The position numbers and the translations under genes were made by a program. 64,000 bases of DNA from IMG/VR virus record IMGVR_UViG_3300032213_001637, positions 1 to 64,000 of that record. One strand, 5' to 3'. Positions 8,644 to 17,875 of the stretch are shown here, in pieces. Within the stretch, counting starts at the first letter, position 1; each line of letters begins with the position of its first letter. The DNA is from a virus. The notes below the pieces were generated by a model. That model made no database searches, was not told the origin of the DNA, and saw only the letters and a program-made list of their open reading frames with translations.

Positions 8644-9303
8644 ATGATCATGAATAAACATGTAATTGTATCACGTTATAAAGACAATATAAACTGGGTT
8701 AATAAACTTACCAATCCATATACAATTATAGATAAAGAAAATACAGCGAATGTAGGAAATGAAGCTTGGTCCTACATTCGTTTTCTCATTGATAATTACT
8801 ATAATTTACCTGATAGAATGCTATTTGTACATGGCCACGAAAATTCGTATCATCAAGATTATCCGACATGGTACATTGCTAACAATTTAAACTGGAATCT
8901 TGAATTTATGAACATTAATAGTCGTAGATTTGAAGAGCAATATATCAGTTTGATTAATGATTTTGAAGATAATGAACACAACTATCGTAAAAGTTATGAG
9001 TCGTGGATTAAAACTCCATGGAAACATATATTTGGTCAGTTTCCAATACCACATACATTAACTTTTTTGGGTCATGCACAGTTTTTGGTATCAAAAAATT
9101 ATGTGTTACGTCATCCCATTCACTTTTATAAACATATTCTAAATTGGTTAGAAACAACTAATATTGACCGAGATCTTTATACTGGAAAAATCGAACACTT
9201 TAATAAAAATAATGCGTATGTTAGTGCACGTATACTAGAATATACATGGCATTATGTATTTACTGGTGATCCAGAAGAACAACTTGGTAACTATTTGTTG
9301 TAA
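8644..9303 (+). CDS. DUF3431-like (glycan-associated) protein
   Basis: GNEA-x-SY...IDNY-x-NLPD...F-x-HGH, AQFLVS, LEYTWH-x-VF. Confidence 0.7.
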   Translation: MIMNKHVIVSRYKDNINWVNKLTNPYTIIDKENTANVGNEAWSYIRFLIDNYYNLPDRMLFVHGHENSYHQDYPTWYIANNLNWNLEFMNINSRRFEEQYISLINDFEDNEHNYRKSYESWIKTPWKHIFGQFPIPHTLTFLGHAQFLVSKNYVLRHPIHFYKHILNWLETTNIDRDLYTGKIEHFNKNNAYVSARILEYTWHYVFTGDPEEQLGNYLL

Positions 9304-9375
9304 CAATACAGTAACACATGTAACAAATCAATTACGTATTCAAATTTGATATATTAACTTCATATTTTAACATGT

Positions 9376-9585
9376 ATGAATTTTTTGTGTACATGTTGTA
9401 ACGCACCAACAAAAAAATCCGGTTCAATTGTAAAAATGTGTTGTATTTGTGACGACGATTACAGACATTTACAGTTGGATGAGATATTATTGGGATTTCA
9501 TACTGACAAAGTATATTTATTAAGTGGTGAATTAAATAACGTTTATGACAAAAAAGACTTACACACCGGTTTATCTCATGGCTGA
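9376..9585 (+). CDS. Possible small Cys-rich protein
   Basis: CTCC...CCIC pairs; overlaps the ClpP-like start, may be spurious. Confidence 0.3.
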   Translation: MNFLCTCCNAPTKKSGSIVKMCCICDDDYRHLQLDEILLGFHTDKVYLLSGELNNVYDKKDLHTGLSHG

Positions 9586-10159
9586 CGATGACACAGATAG
9601 TGATTCTACAAAGTCATCCAAAGAAACACTCAACATAAGTAACAATCAAATTTTCTTTTACGATGATGTTACCCGTCAAAGTATATACACTTTGAACCGT
9701 CAATTAGACGCAACATCCAAATCAATTCAGATATTTAAAATACACTACAGTCTACCCATACTAACGCCAATTCAGTTATTCATCAACAGTGAAGGTGGAG
9801 AAGTATTTAGCGCATTCAGTACAGTTGACCGTATAACGTCATCGACGGTTCCAGTACATTCATACGTAGAAGGATTTTGCGCAAGTGCAGCAACCTTACT
9901 TAGTGTGTGTTGTCATAAACGATATATTCGTAAAAACGGATTTATGATGATTCATCAATTGAGCGGAGGCGTGTGGGGAAATTTTGAAACAATCAAAGAA
10001 GAATCTGAAAACATGGAACTACTCATGAAATGTATCAAAAGGATATATTTGCAACACACCAAGATTCCAGAAAATGATTTGATTGAAATACTTAAACATG
10101 ATACCTATTTGGACGCTGAAGAATGTCTGAAATATGGATTGGTTGATGAAATTGTGTGA
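9545..10159 (+). CDS. clpP: ClpP-like serine protease (S14)
   Basis: INSEGG, catalytic Ser in GFCASAA, His in MIHQ, Asp in HDTYL, LKYGLVDEI; alternative start 9578. Confidence 0.85.
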   Translation: MTKKTYTPVYLMADDDTDSDSTKSSKETLNISNNQIFFYDDVTRQSIYTLNRQLDATSKSIQIFKIHYSLPILTPIQLFINSEGGEVFSAFSTVDRITSSTVPVHSYVEGFCASAATLLSVCCHKRYIRKNGFMMIHQLSGGVWGNFETIKEESENMELLMKCIKRIYLQHTKIPENDLIEILKHDTYLDAEECLKYGLVDEIV

Positions 10160-10171
10160 TATGTATCCAAT

Positions 10172-10483
10172 ATGGCGGTGGGTGGATACTTGTATATAAT
10201 AACCAATGAAAACTTTCCGGGGTGGGTCAAAGTAGGTGTTACTAAAGACCTTGACGCACGTTTGAATAACTATCAAACATCAAGTCCGTATCGAAATTAT
10301 CGGTTGGTATATTCAATTCAACATCCCAAATACCTTGAAGCGGAAAAACGTATCAAGGAAACCATGAAACCGTTTGCTAAAGCCATCAGAAATGAATGGT
10401 TCGAAGTGGATCTTCACATGGCAAAACCACGGCTAGATGAACAACTGGAAGAATACGATAAAAAAGGTATTGACTTATTTTAA
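10172..10483 (+). CDS. T5orf172/GIY-YIG-like domain protein
   Basis: GYLYII...VKVGVT...RL-x2-YQTSSP...EWF. Confidence 0.8.
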   Translation: MAVGGYLYIITNENFPGWVKVGVTKDLDARLNNYQTSSPYRNYRLVYSIQHPKYLEAEKRIKETMKPFAKAIRNEWFEVDLHMAKPRLDEQLEEYDKKGIDLF

Positions 10484-10497
10484 TTTTTTGATATGAT
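10470..10497 (+). promoter_or_regulatory. Sigma70 promoter with extended -10
   Basis: TTGACT-16 nt-TATGAT with TG at the extended position; 6 nt before ATG 10504. Confidence 0.65.
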
Positions 10498-10503
10498 GAT
10501 GTT

Positions 10504-11148
10504 ATGAATGGAAGTATTGTAAATAAAGCAGTTTGTCTAAATCTAAACGCAAATTGGCAACCCGTTGGGTTTAAAACTGTGAAGGATGCAATTACTGATC
10601 TTTGCGGTTATGATATCAATGGTAAACCTACTTCCTTGGCTCTGGACATCGAATATGAAATTGACGATAATGGAGAGCCAATCATGAGTGAAGCTAAAAG
10701 TATGAATCCAATCAGTTGGACTGAATGGATGAATCTTCCTATTCGTAGTTGGGATCTTACCATCTCAAGCGTCAATCGAATTTACCGTGTTCCTACTGTT
10801 ATTATTGCAATCAACTATTCCAAAATGCCAGTAAAATATTTCAAGAATAAACCTAGTAAGGAAGCAATATATAATCGTGACAATGGTATTTGTCAATATA
10901 CTGGTAAGAAGGTTGACCGTCACACTGCTACCGTAGATCATATTGTTCCTCGTAGTAAGGGTGGCGCTGATACTTGGACTAATCTGGTGTTATGTTCAAA
11001 AGACATCAACAGCAAGAAGGGTAACAAGAGTAACAGTGAAGCTGGTTTGATTCTTTTGAAAAATCCAAGTGCACCTACTCCAATTCCTGCTTACGCTTTG
11101 ATTAGAGAAGCCAAACATGAAGATTGGAAACATTTTTTGGTGAATTAA
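10504..11148 (+). CDS. HNH endonuclease (McrA-like)
   Basis: LNANWQP, VPTVI, RDNGICQYTG, TVDHIVPRSKGG, N-x2-KGN. Confidence 0.88.
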   Translation: MNGSIVNKAVCLNLNANWQPVGFKTVKDAITDLCGYDINGKPTSLALDIEYEIDDNGEPIMSEAKSMNPISWTEWMNLPIRSWDLTISSVNRIYRVPTVIIAINYSKMPVKYFKNKPSKEAIYNRDNGICQYTGKKVDRHTATVDHIVPRSKGGADTWTNLVLCSKDINSKKGNKSNSEAGLILLKNPSAPTPIPAYALIREAKHEDWKHFLVN

Positions 11149-11171
11149 TCTAAAATGTTTAAATTAAAATT

Positions 11172-11205
11172 TCCAGATGATATTTATTTGTCATCTGGAT
11201 TTTTT
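11172..11205 (+). terminator. Intrinsic terminator with ATATTTAT motif in its loop
   Basis: TCCAGATGA/TCATCTGGA stem followed by a T-run. Confidence 0.7.
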
Positions 11206-11370
11206 ATGCTTAAATTTCAAACCATTGTTGTTGATAATACTGAAGTTGAATTAACACATGATTTGATTGAACGATACAAAAATACTACACGCAAAAAGAG
11301 AGTAACTAAACGCGGTATTGAAAAGTTTTATAACAAACTTATTTCGTTTATGACAAATCAATTTCAATAA
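11206..11370 (+). CDS. Hypothetical protein
   Basis: Start moved to MLKFQTIVV, after the hairpin. Confidence 0.5.
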   Translation: MLKFQTIVVDNTEVELTHDLIERYKNTTRKKRVTKRGIEKFYNKLISFMTNQFQ

Positions 11371-12293
11371 AGTTCATCAACATATTTTATACCCAAATCA
11401 AACTCCACGTTATCCTTGATTGCATGAAAACCAATCAAATCATTTTTATTAACAGGGAACACTGAAGCATCGCCAATATATGGGTAAGAATATTCGTCGG
11501 GAGTCCAAACATGTGTTTTGTTATAATCCGGGTGAAACGTTACATCTATTGGATTTTTGTAAAAGGACAATACGTATTTAACACAATCAGATTTGGAAGT
11601 CCATACCATCGGTCCAATGTGTTGATCGTATCCATACAACCACATTAAAGCATTAACTCCAGATTCATCGTTAATTTGACATATTTCTAAATTACCATAT
11701 TGATCTGGTTTAACAAACGCATCAATATACACTTTACTTTGAATCAAAGATGCCCATGTTTGTAAAAAAGATAAGCAATTTCGGTTAAAGAAAAATAAAC
11801 AGGAAGACAACGAACATACAGATTGTTGGTTTCTTGAGATACCCAATATATTCAATACTCTATCTAATACAAATGGTCTTCCCTCAATATAATAGTTGTT
11901 TGGTGGAAATTTACTCAATAGTGGATATTTTGTACATTTGGACGACCACACATCAAACATGTTATCAATATTTGGTGTAAATAATACATCCAAATCCATA
12001 TAAATAAACTCACTATAATTTGTATTTTTTATAGCTAATTGACACACAGTTGGTTTGAATGTAGTCAAATACACACCACGTACACTAGACGGATTGTGTT
12101 TAGCAACATTAAAATCAAACACATACGGTATATCCATGTAAATAGTTTTCAACCGTATATGAGTAAAGTTAACAGTTCCCTCCGAATAACATAACACTAC
12201 GTCATATGAAGAATATCGTAGAAGATACTCCATAAATGGCTTTACTTTATCGATAAAAGACTGTCCCACCGCATACAAAACATAAGCTCTCAT
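11364..12293 (-). CDS. Glycosyltransferase-like protein (GT-A)
   Basis: FIYMDLDV DxD motif; NDES-x2-N; GFHAIK. Confidence 0.6.
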   Translation of the reverse strand: MRAYVLYAVGQSFIDKVKPFMEYLLRYSSYDVVLCYSEGTVNFTHIRLKTIYMDIPYVFDFNVAKHNPSSVRGVYLTTFKPTVCQLAIKNTNYSEFIYMDLDVLFTPNIDNMFDVWSSKCTKYPLLSKFPPNNYYIEGRPFVLDRVLNILGISRNQQSVCSLSSCLFFFNRNCLSFLQTWASLIQSKVYIDAFVKPDQYGNLEICQINDESGVNALMWLYGYDQHIGPMVWTSKSDCVKYVLSFYKNPIDVTFHPDYNKTHVWTPDEYSYPYIGDASVFPVNKNDLIGFHAIKDNVEFDLGIKYVDELY

Positions 12294-12694
12294 TACAACC
12301 CTTTTCGTGTCTTATAATCATCTAATGCAGCTTTCAACGCTTCGTGTGCCAGTACGCTGCAATGAATTTTTACAGGAGGTAAACCACCCAACGCATCAAC
12401 AATTTGGTCGTTGGTAAAGTTGGATTGCAAATCATCTATTTTACGACCCTTAATCAATTCGGTTGCCATTGACGATGCTGCAATAGCACTTCCGCAACCA
12501 AATGTTTTAAACCGAGCATCTGTCACTATTTGTGTTTCAGGATCAATTTTAAGACTGATCTTCATAATATCACCACATGCAGCTGCGCCAACCTCACCTA
12601 CCGCATCGGCGTCTTTTATATCACCTAGGTTACGAGGATTCATAAAATGATCCATTACAGTGTCGTTGTAGAGTGTGTAAGTTTCGTTTGACAT
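12293..12694 (-). CDS. iscU: Fe-S cluster scaffold IscU/NifU-N
   Basis: DHFMNPRN, CGD, FKTFGCGSAIAASS, LPPVKIHCSVLA. Confidence 0.95.
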   Translation of the reverse strand: MSNETYTLYNDTVMDHFMNPRNLGDIKDADAVGEVGAAACGDIMKISLKIDPETQIVTDARFKTFGCGSAIAASSMATELIKGRKIDDLQSNFTNDQIVDALGGLPPVKIHCSVLAHEALKAALDDYKTRKGL

Positions 12695-12706
12695 ATTATA
12701 TAAATA

Positions 12707-13936
12707 TTACTTGTTTAGATACGCTTTACACCTTAAATAGTGATCGTGTTTGACCATCTTTTGTACCAATTCTTGAAAAGAAGTTTTTGGAGTCCAATTG
12801 AAATCGTTTCTGAACTGGTTACTATCACCGAGTAGAAGTTCAACTTCAGCGGGTCTGTAAAAGTTACTATTGATGGTTACAAGTATATGGTTGGTATCAT
12901 TTTGTATAAACTTTTCATTGATATCAGATCCTTCCCAATAACCATGAACGTTTAGACACTTAAATGCCAATTCTACAAATTCTTTGATTGTGTGAGTTTC
13001 ATTACTTGACAACACATATTCTTTGAGATTTTCAACTGACTCTTTTGTATGTATCAAACAGTTATACATCTTTGGGTTTAATTCTTTACGATACTGTTCT
13101 TGATTCAACATCATCCAAACACACTGAACAAAGTCTTCACTGTCGCTCCAGTCTCGTTTAGCATATACGTTACCAAGTTCAATAGGTGTAGGAACTCTAC
13201 CCTCACTTAATTCTTCAGAAATACGTGCAACGTTTTTTGATATCTTACGTGTTACAAATTCTTCACCTCGACGTGTTCCTTCGTGATTAAACAACCAACT
13301 TTGAATTGCATATAAGTTATAACTATCACGATATACTTTGACAAGTTGTCTAGCAGCGGCTTTACTAGCACCATATGGACTACGTGGTTTAAGAGGATGT
13401 GTTTCGTCTTGTGGAGAAAATGATACATTTCCAAATTCTTCAGATGACCCCGCGTTATAAAACCTACAACTTGGTTTATATAACCGAATTGCTTCAAGAA
13501 TATCTAACACCGCAGTACAATTGGTTTCCCATGTTTGTCTTGGAAAATCCCAACTACTTGCTACAAAACTCTGCGCAGCAAAGTTGATGAAGTAATCGGG
13601 TTTCATTTTTTCGATGAATTGACCAATTGAATGTGAATCGGTAAGATCAAAGTTAACCAAAAAGAATCTGTCAGATGAAATATGAGAAAGGTTACTATGA
13701 TTGTATACGCTCAATCGACGTACACCACCAAATATAATTACGTCAGTGTGTTCCAATAGATAGTCAACCATATGACTACCATCCTGACCTGTCACTCCTG
13801 TGATAATGACTATATTTGCATAAATATTTTTCTTTAACTTATTATCTCTTATTATTTTTGCATCAGATACGCTAAGAATATTTGCGGTATCAATTTTTTT
13901 GCCGTACAATGTAACTTCTAGATTTTTGGATATCAT
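12707..13936 (-). CDS. gmd: GDP-mannose 4,6-dehydratase
   Basis: ITGVTGQDGS, AAQSFV, SSEEFG, SPYGASK, FNHEG, RDW, RPAEV; start uncertain (13936 or 13966). Confidence 0.95.
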   Translation of the reverse strand: MISKNLEVTLYGKKIDTANILSVSDAKIIRDNKLKKNIYANIVIITGVTGQDGSHMVDYLLEHTDVIIFGGVRRLSVYNHSNLSHISSDRFFLVNFDLTDSHSIGQFIEKMKPDYFINFAAQSFVASSWDFPRQTWETNCTAVLDILEAIRLYKPSCRFYNAGSSEEFGNVSFSPQDETHPLKPRSPYGASKAAARQLVKVYRDSYNLYAIQSWLFNHEGTRRGEEFVTRKISKNVARISEELSEGRVPTPIELGNVYAKRDWSDSEDFVQCVWMMLNQEQYRKELNPKMYNCLIHTKESVENLKEYVLSSNETHTIKEFVELAFKCLNVHGYWEGSDINEKFIQNDTNHILVTINSNFYRPAEVELLLGDSNQFRNDFNWTPKTSFQELVQKMVKHDHYLRCKAYLNK

Positions 13937-13984
13937 ATTTAAAATAACCCTTGAATGTGATGACAATCATATATATGATAGACT

Positions 13985-14347
13985 ATGAAAGATGAATTAT
14001 TCTATTTGATTATTAGTGACAATAAATTCAGCAATGAACTGATCAAAAAATTTCCGGGTCTATACTCTTATATTACCTCATATCGTCAGAATGCTTCACC
14101 CGAACACAATGAAAAGTGTAAAAATATTATTAATAAGTTTTACGATGAAAACGAACATTTTCGTAAACATTTGTTAAACTATATCAAGGATAATTCAAAC
14201 GAACCCCGAGTGGATGGCAAGGTTTTTGAAATTGCAAATGATGAAGAGTATTTACGTTTAATTCGTAAATTAAAAACTGAAAATTGGAAGTATGAAGGAT
14301 TGAGTGTAGTACACTTACATGACAAAATCAAAGTATATTTTTACTAA
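13985..14347 (+). CDS. Hypothetical protein
   Basis: 120-aa ORF; ATATATAT variant upstream. Confidence 0.6.
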   Translation: MKDELFYLIISDNKFSNELIKKFPGLYSYITSYRQNASPEHNEKCKNIINKFYDENEHFRKHLLNYIKDNSNEPRVDGKVFEIANDEEYLRLIRKLKTENWKYEGLSVVHLHDKIKVYFY

Positions 14348-14832
14348 TAGTCTTCTTCATCTTCGTCATCGTCATCGTCATAATGATCATCTTCGTCGTC
14401 ATTATCGTTTTGGATATAGTACTTGTTGGTAAAATCCTTAAAGTCTGAATCTTTTAATCCAAAAGCTCTAACCAGTTGAATGATCAACAAACATGTTTCG
14501 TCTTTGGTCAAATTCTTTTTTAGTATGGTTTGAAAGATTATGGCAGATAATAAAGTTACTTTACGTTTGTCTTTATCATTTATTAACTTTTTTTTGATTT
14601 GAGATTTAACTTTAGCATTGGTAATCAATCCGGGTATCGTGTTGTTGAATATCGCAACCTGAGTTTCTTTTAGTATTTCTTGTTTCAACGATTCTTGAAA
14701 CTCTAAAGAAGTTTCGTCTTCGGTGTTTAACCGTTCAGACATTCTTTTAATGCGTTCTTTGGTGACCTTTTTTGCAATTGAAAAGTTGGCCATCACTCCA
14801 TACCTTGCTAATATATGATCACATGTATTCAT
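14344..14832 (-). CDS. Hypothetical protein with acidic C-terminal tail
   Basis: Ends DNDDEDDHYDDDDDEDEEDY; ATATTTATA upstream. Confidence 0.65.
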   Translation of the reverse strand: MNTCDHILARYGVMANFSIAKKVTKERIKRMSERLNTEDETSLEFQESLKQEILKETQVAIFNNTIPGLITNAKVKSQIKKKLINDKDKRKVTLLSAIIFQTILKKNLTKDETCLLIIQLVRAFGLKDSDFKDFTNKYYIQNDNDDEDDHYDDDDDEDEEDY

Positions 14833-14846
14833 ACCGTATAAATATG

Positions 14847-15563
14847 TTAGAATCTAGTAATAAACAAGTGTTTTGATCCTTGCATAACATCTGGATCAAA
14901 ATGTTTTTGTCCTCTCTTTATAAATCCTTTACCCGCTACAAATGTGCAATTATAACATAACAGCTTGATATTTTCAAGTTTATGGTTCGTTGAGTCGCCG
15001 TCTTCAAAATTCAACAACAATGGTATCTTTCCATCTACAACTCTACGTTCTCTATAATCACACATTTCACAACAAGCGTCTTTTTTGCGTGATCGGATCA
15101 ACTTATCTTTGAGTCTATATACGGGATAATCAGGATGTTTTCCATCAAGCAATTCTTTCAATGGATACTTACCAACTTCAGGATCAACATCTTTTTTGAT
15201 TCCTTTGTTAAACGGATTCAATAGAGTGTGCATATCATACATTCTTGCGTACTTACGATATGTCAAATAATTAACTCCTAACTTACGTGATGCTTCACGA
15301 CCGCTTTTTGATACGGCTTGAGCAGCAGCAATTTCAGACTGTAATAATGGTCTTGCACCGTGACCACGTTTTAACTTGATCTTCAAACTATCTTGTTTGT
15401 CACGAAGATGTGGTACATCAAGAGTCTCTGCGATTTCTTTTTGTATTTCTTCAGCAACGGATTCACCTAATCCTTGAAGTTTCTTAATTTCACGTACTTC
15501 TTGTTTTAGTTTTTCAATTTCTGCCATAAAAGATGGAGAAATATTATCTGGTATACTATCCAT
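14847..15563 (-). CDS. HTH plus degenerate HNH-like protein
   Basis: SGREASRKLGVNY HTH-like segment; CEMC...DGD-x2-N-x3-EN-x2-LLCYNC. Confidence 0.65.
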   Translation of the reverse strand: MDSIPDNISPSFMAEIEKLKQEVREIKKLQGLGESVAEEIQKEIAETLDVPHLRDKQDSLKIKLKRGHGARPLLQSEIAAAQAVSKSGREASRKLGVNYLTYRKYARMYDMHTLLNPFNKGIKKDVDPEVGKYPLKELLDGKHPDYPVYRLKDKLIRSRKKDACCEMCDYRERRVVDGKIPLLLNFEDGDSTNHKLENIKLLCYNCTFVAGKGFIKRGQKHFDPDVMQGSKHLFITRF

Positions 15564-15564
15564 A

Positions 15565-15876
15565 CTATTTAGATTTTAACGGTTCTTTTTGTAAATCAAT
15601 TCCACTTGAGTTCATGAATTTTACCCGTAGAGTTTCGGCAAATTTATGTAAACCCGCATTGATTAAAACATTATAGGTATTATACACATGCGTTTTGGCA
15701 CCTTTACGTTCCAAACAAGCAACAATACACGGTGGCGCCGATAGTTTACCAGCGGTTTTGTATTTAAACTCTATTGCTCGAGTACACGCTTCCATAAAAG
15801 GATCATCAAAAATATCCTCTACGTCTATCGTAAAATATTCAGAGGAAAACCTCACTAAAACTTTAGTTCTTTTCAT
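15565..15876 (-). CDS. Hypothetical protein
   Basis: 103-aa ORF in operon. Confidence 0.6.
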   Translation of the reverse strand: MKRTKVLVRFSSEYFTIDVEDIFDDPFMEACTRAIEFKYKTAGKLSAPPCIVACLERKGAKTHVYNTYNVLINAGLHKFAETLRVKFMNSSGIDLQKEPLKSK

Positions 15877-17476
15877 ATTTCAAATCTCCATCGTTCAACA
15901 AATCCATATTCTTTAGTTTTTCATTTACCGAAGTACATACTTTTTCTTCAACCGTCTTTGTAACAAATACAATCTTTTGAATACTCTTACTCTTTGCACT
16001 ATCACGCCAAACACGTCCTGTAGCCTGTCTCATTTGTACCGCACTATACGATGGACTGATCAACGCCATACGTGGATGATTGCCATTTAAGTCATGTAAT
16101 GACAAACCAGCACCACCGGCAGCAATATTCACCAATATAACTCGTTGTGTATCCGCTTGAAAATCATCAATGCTTTGTTGTCGTTCATCATCAGACACGA
16201 CACCATTAACAATACATTTGGTATTGAGACGTTTTGATAACGCTGTAATAGTTTCTGTAAAGTTAACAAATACCACTACGCTCATGTTGTTTTCAAGAGC
16301 CTCCTCAACCATTTCTACAAACAATGGAACTTTTACTAATTCCACCTTTTGTCTTGCTCTCAAAATTGCAGTCAACTCGCTGGCATTATCATTCTTTTCT
16401 TTCTTCATCTTCTTTTTGAGTTTTGCCAATTCAGTTTCCATTTCGTTATAAATGGAATTGATTTTGTGTTGAGCCTCTTCTTCCATGTCATAACACTCAG
16501 CGATAATTTGACTCTCTGGAAAGTTCGGAATGGTATCTCTGGTAAGACGAGTTCCACGGTTAACAAAGATGTCTTTGTGTAGTTTCTTTAACACATCTTT
16601 ATTTCCATTGAATTGTAAACCAAATCTACCTTTAGATACACCATGTGAATACAACCACTGATAATACTGACGGTTGTTTTCAAATAATTTGATCGCCATA
16701 CCCACTGTTCGTAGTTCCAATGGATTGGTAGCGTTTGTAGCACTGCAAAACAACATTTTATAACCATCTTTAAGTGCTTTGAGACACACTTCACTATTTT
16801 TGGTGGTTGCTCCTTTCAATTTCTGACTCTCATCAAACACAATTAAGGTAGATTTAGGAATCTTCCATCTAAACTCGTCTACGTGGGTTTTACGGTTTTT
16901 AACGTAGGATGCAATCATTGAATCAGATCGACCCATACGAAGAAGTTCATAGTTGATAATACCAATTAACCGTGTCTTCATTTTAAAATGGTTAACGATA
17001 ACACGTTTCCAACTCTCCATAACCGCTTTGGGACATACAATTAAAATATCCATGTCCAATTCACGTGCAACACCACATGCTACATAGGTTTTGCCTACGC
17101 CTACATCGCTTCCATCAATACCACATCCCCATGTCTTGATTACAGAACATAGTTTGACAACGCTTTCAACTTGCCATGGACGCAATCCATTTGGATCCTT
17201 CATAACATGTGTCTTTAACACCACATCTTCTGATATCAACTTTTTAGATGCGGTTTTTGTAAATTGATCTTTGGTGGTTTTTATTTGAGTTAAAAACCAA
17301 TCTTTATCCTTTTTAACTACACCAAATCCATTTTCCTTTAACTTATAACTGTTTACCTTCCAATAAGCGAAAAACTCATTACGATACGACGTAGGTATTA
17401 ATCCTTCACGTCTCCACATCGCTTTTTCATCTGTCATTTGATAGGGTTCACCCCACTCAATATCAATGTTAACCAT
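15863..17476 (-). CDS. SF2 (SNF2-like) helicase
   Basis: LRPWQ, GVGKT, DESQ, SAT, GGAGLSL, QATGRVWR. Confidence 0.88.
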   Translation of the reverse strand: MVNIDIEWGEPYQMTDEKAMWRREGLIPTSYRNEFFAYWKVNSYKLKENGFGVVKKDKDWFLTQIKTTKDQFTKTASKKLISEDVVLKTHVMKDPNGLRPWQVESVVKLCSVIKTWGCGIDGSDVGVGKTYVACGVARELDMDILIVCPKAVMESWKRVIVNHFKMKTRLIGIINYELLRMGRSDSMIASYVKNRKTHVDEFRWKIPKSTLIVFDESQKLKGATTKNSEVCLKALKDGYKMLFCSATNATNPLELRTVGMAIKLFENNRQYYQWLYSHGVSKGRFGLQFNGNKDVLKKLHKDIFVNRGTRLTRDTIPNFPESQIIAECYDMEEEAQHKINSIYNEMETELAKLKKKMKKEKNDNASELTAILRARQKVELVKVPLFVEMVEEALENNMSVVVFVNFTETITALSKRLNTKCIVNGVVSDDERQQSIDDFQADTQRVILVNIAAGGAGLSLHDLNGNHPRMALISPSYSAVQMRQATGRVWRDSAKSKSIQKIVFVTKTVEEKVCTSVNEKLKNMDLLNDGDLKYEKN

Positions 17477-17479
17477 ATA

Positions 17480-17785
17480 TCAATGACCCATTTCGTTAAC
17501 ATACTTAGCGTGATGAGCAACTTCATGTATATTACAACGTACACATGAATTGTTTTTAATCACTCCAATTTCAACGCATTCAGACATTGACTCTGTAAAA
17601 GTACGTCCAATATTATCATCCATTCCATAACCCAGATCAATCAAGTTCTGCATATACTGATTGCGAGTCATCTTAAACTTATACTGTACAACACGTTCAA
17701 GTGTCGTTACAAGTTCTTGTAAAGAATTAAAAATAGCAGGTTTGTTACTAACTTGTTTGTCGATAATATAATATTGTATGTTCAT
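17480..17785 (-). CDS. Hypothetical protein
   Basis: 101-aa ORF; TTATTTATA variant upstream. Confidence 0.6.
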   Translation of the reverse strand: MNIQYYIIDKQVSNKPAIFNSLQELVTTLERVVQYKFKMTRNQYMQNLIDLGYGMDDNIGRTFTESMSECVEIGVIKNNSCVRCNIHEVAHHAKYVNEMGH

Positions 17786-17845
17786 ATTTGTATAAATAAC
17801 TATTCAAAATCAATGAACGTTATTTTAATTACACTCTATGTACAC

Positions 17846-17874
17846 ACTATACCCTGTGTGTATAACAAAATCAA
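17846..17874 (-). promoter_or_regulatory. Sigma70 promoter for the helicase operon
   Basis: Minus strand TTGATT-17 nt-TATAGT. Confidence 0.6.
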
Positions 17875-17875
17875 T

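Noticed and set aside
9304-9400. Three ACATGT palindromic hexamers as origin or iteron candidates
   Set aside because: Short, irregularly spaced and expected by chance in AT-rich DNA
14347-14410. TCG/TCA trinucleotide-like repeat
   Set aside because: It simply encodes the poly-Asp/Glu tail of ORF 14344-14832
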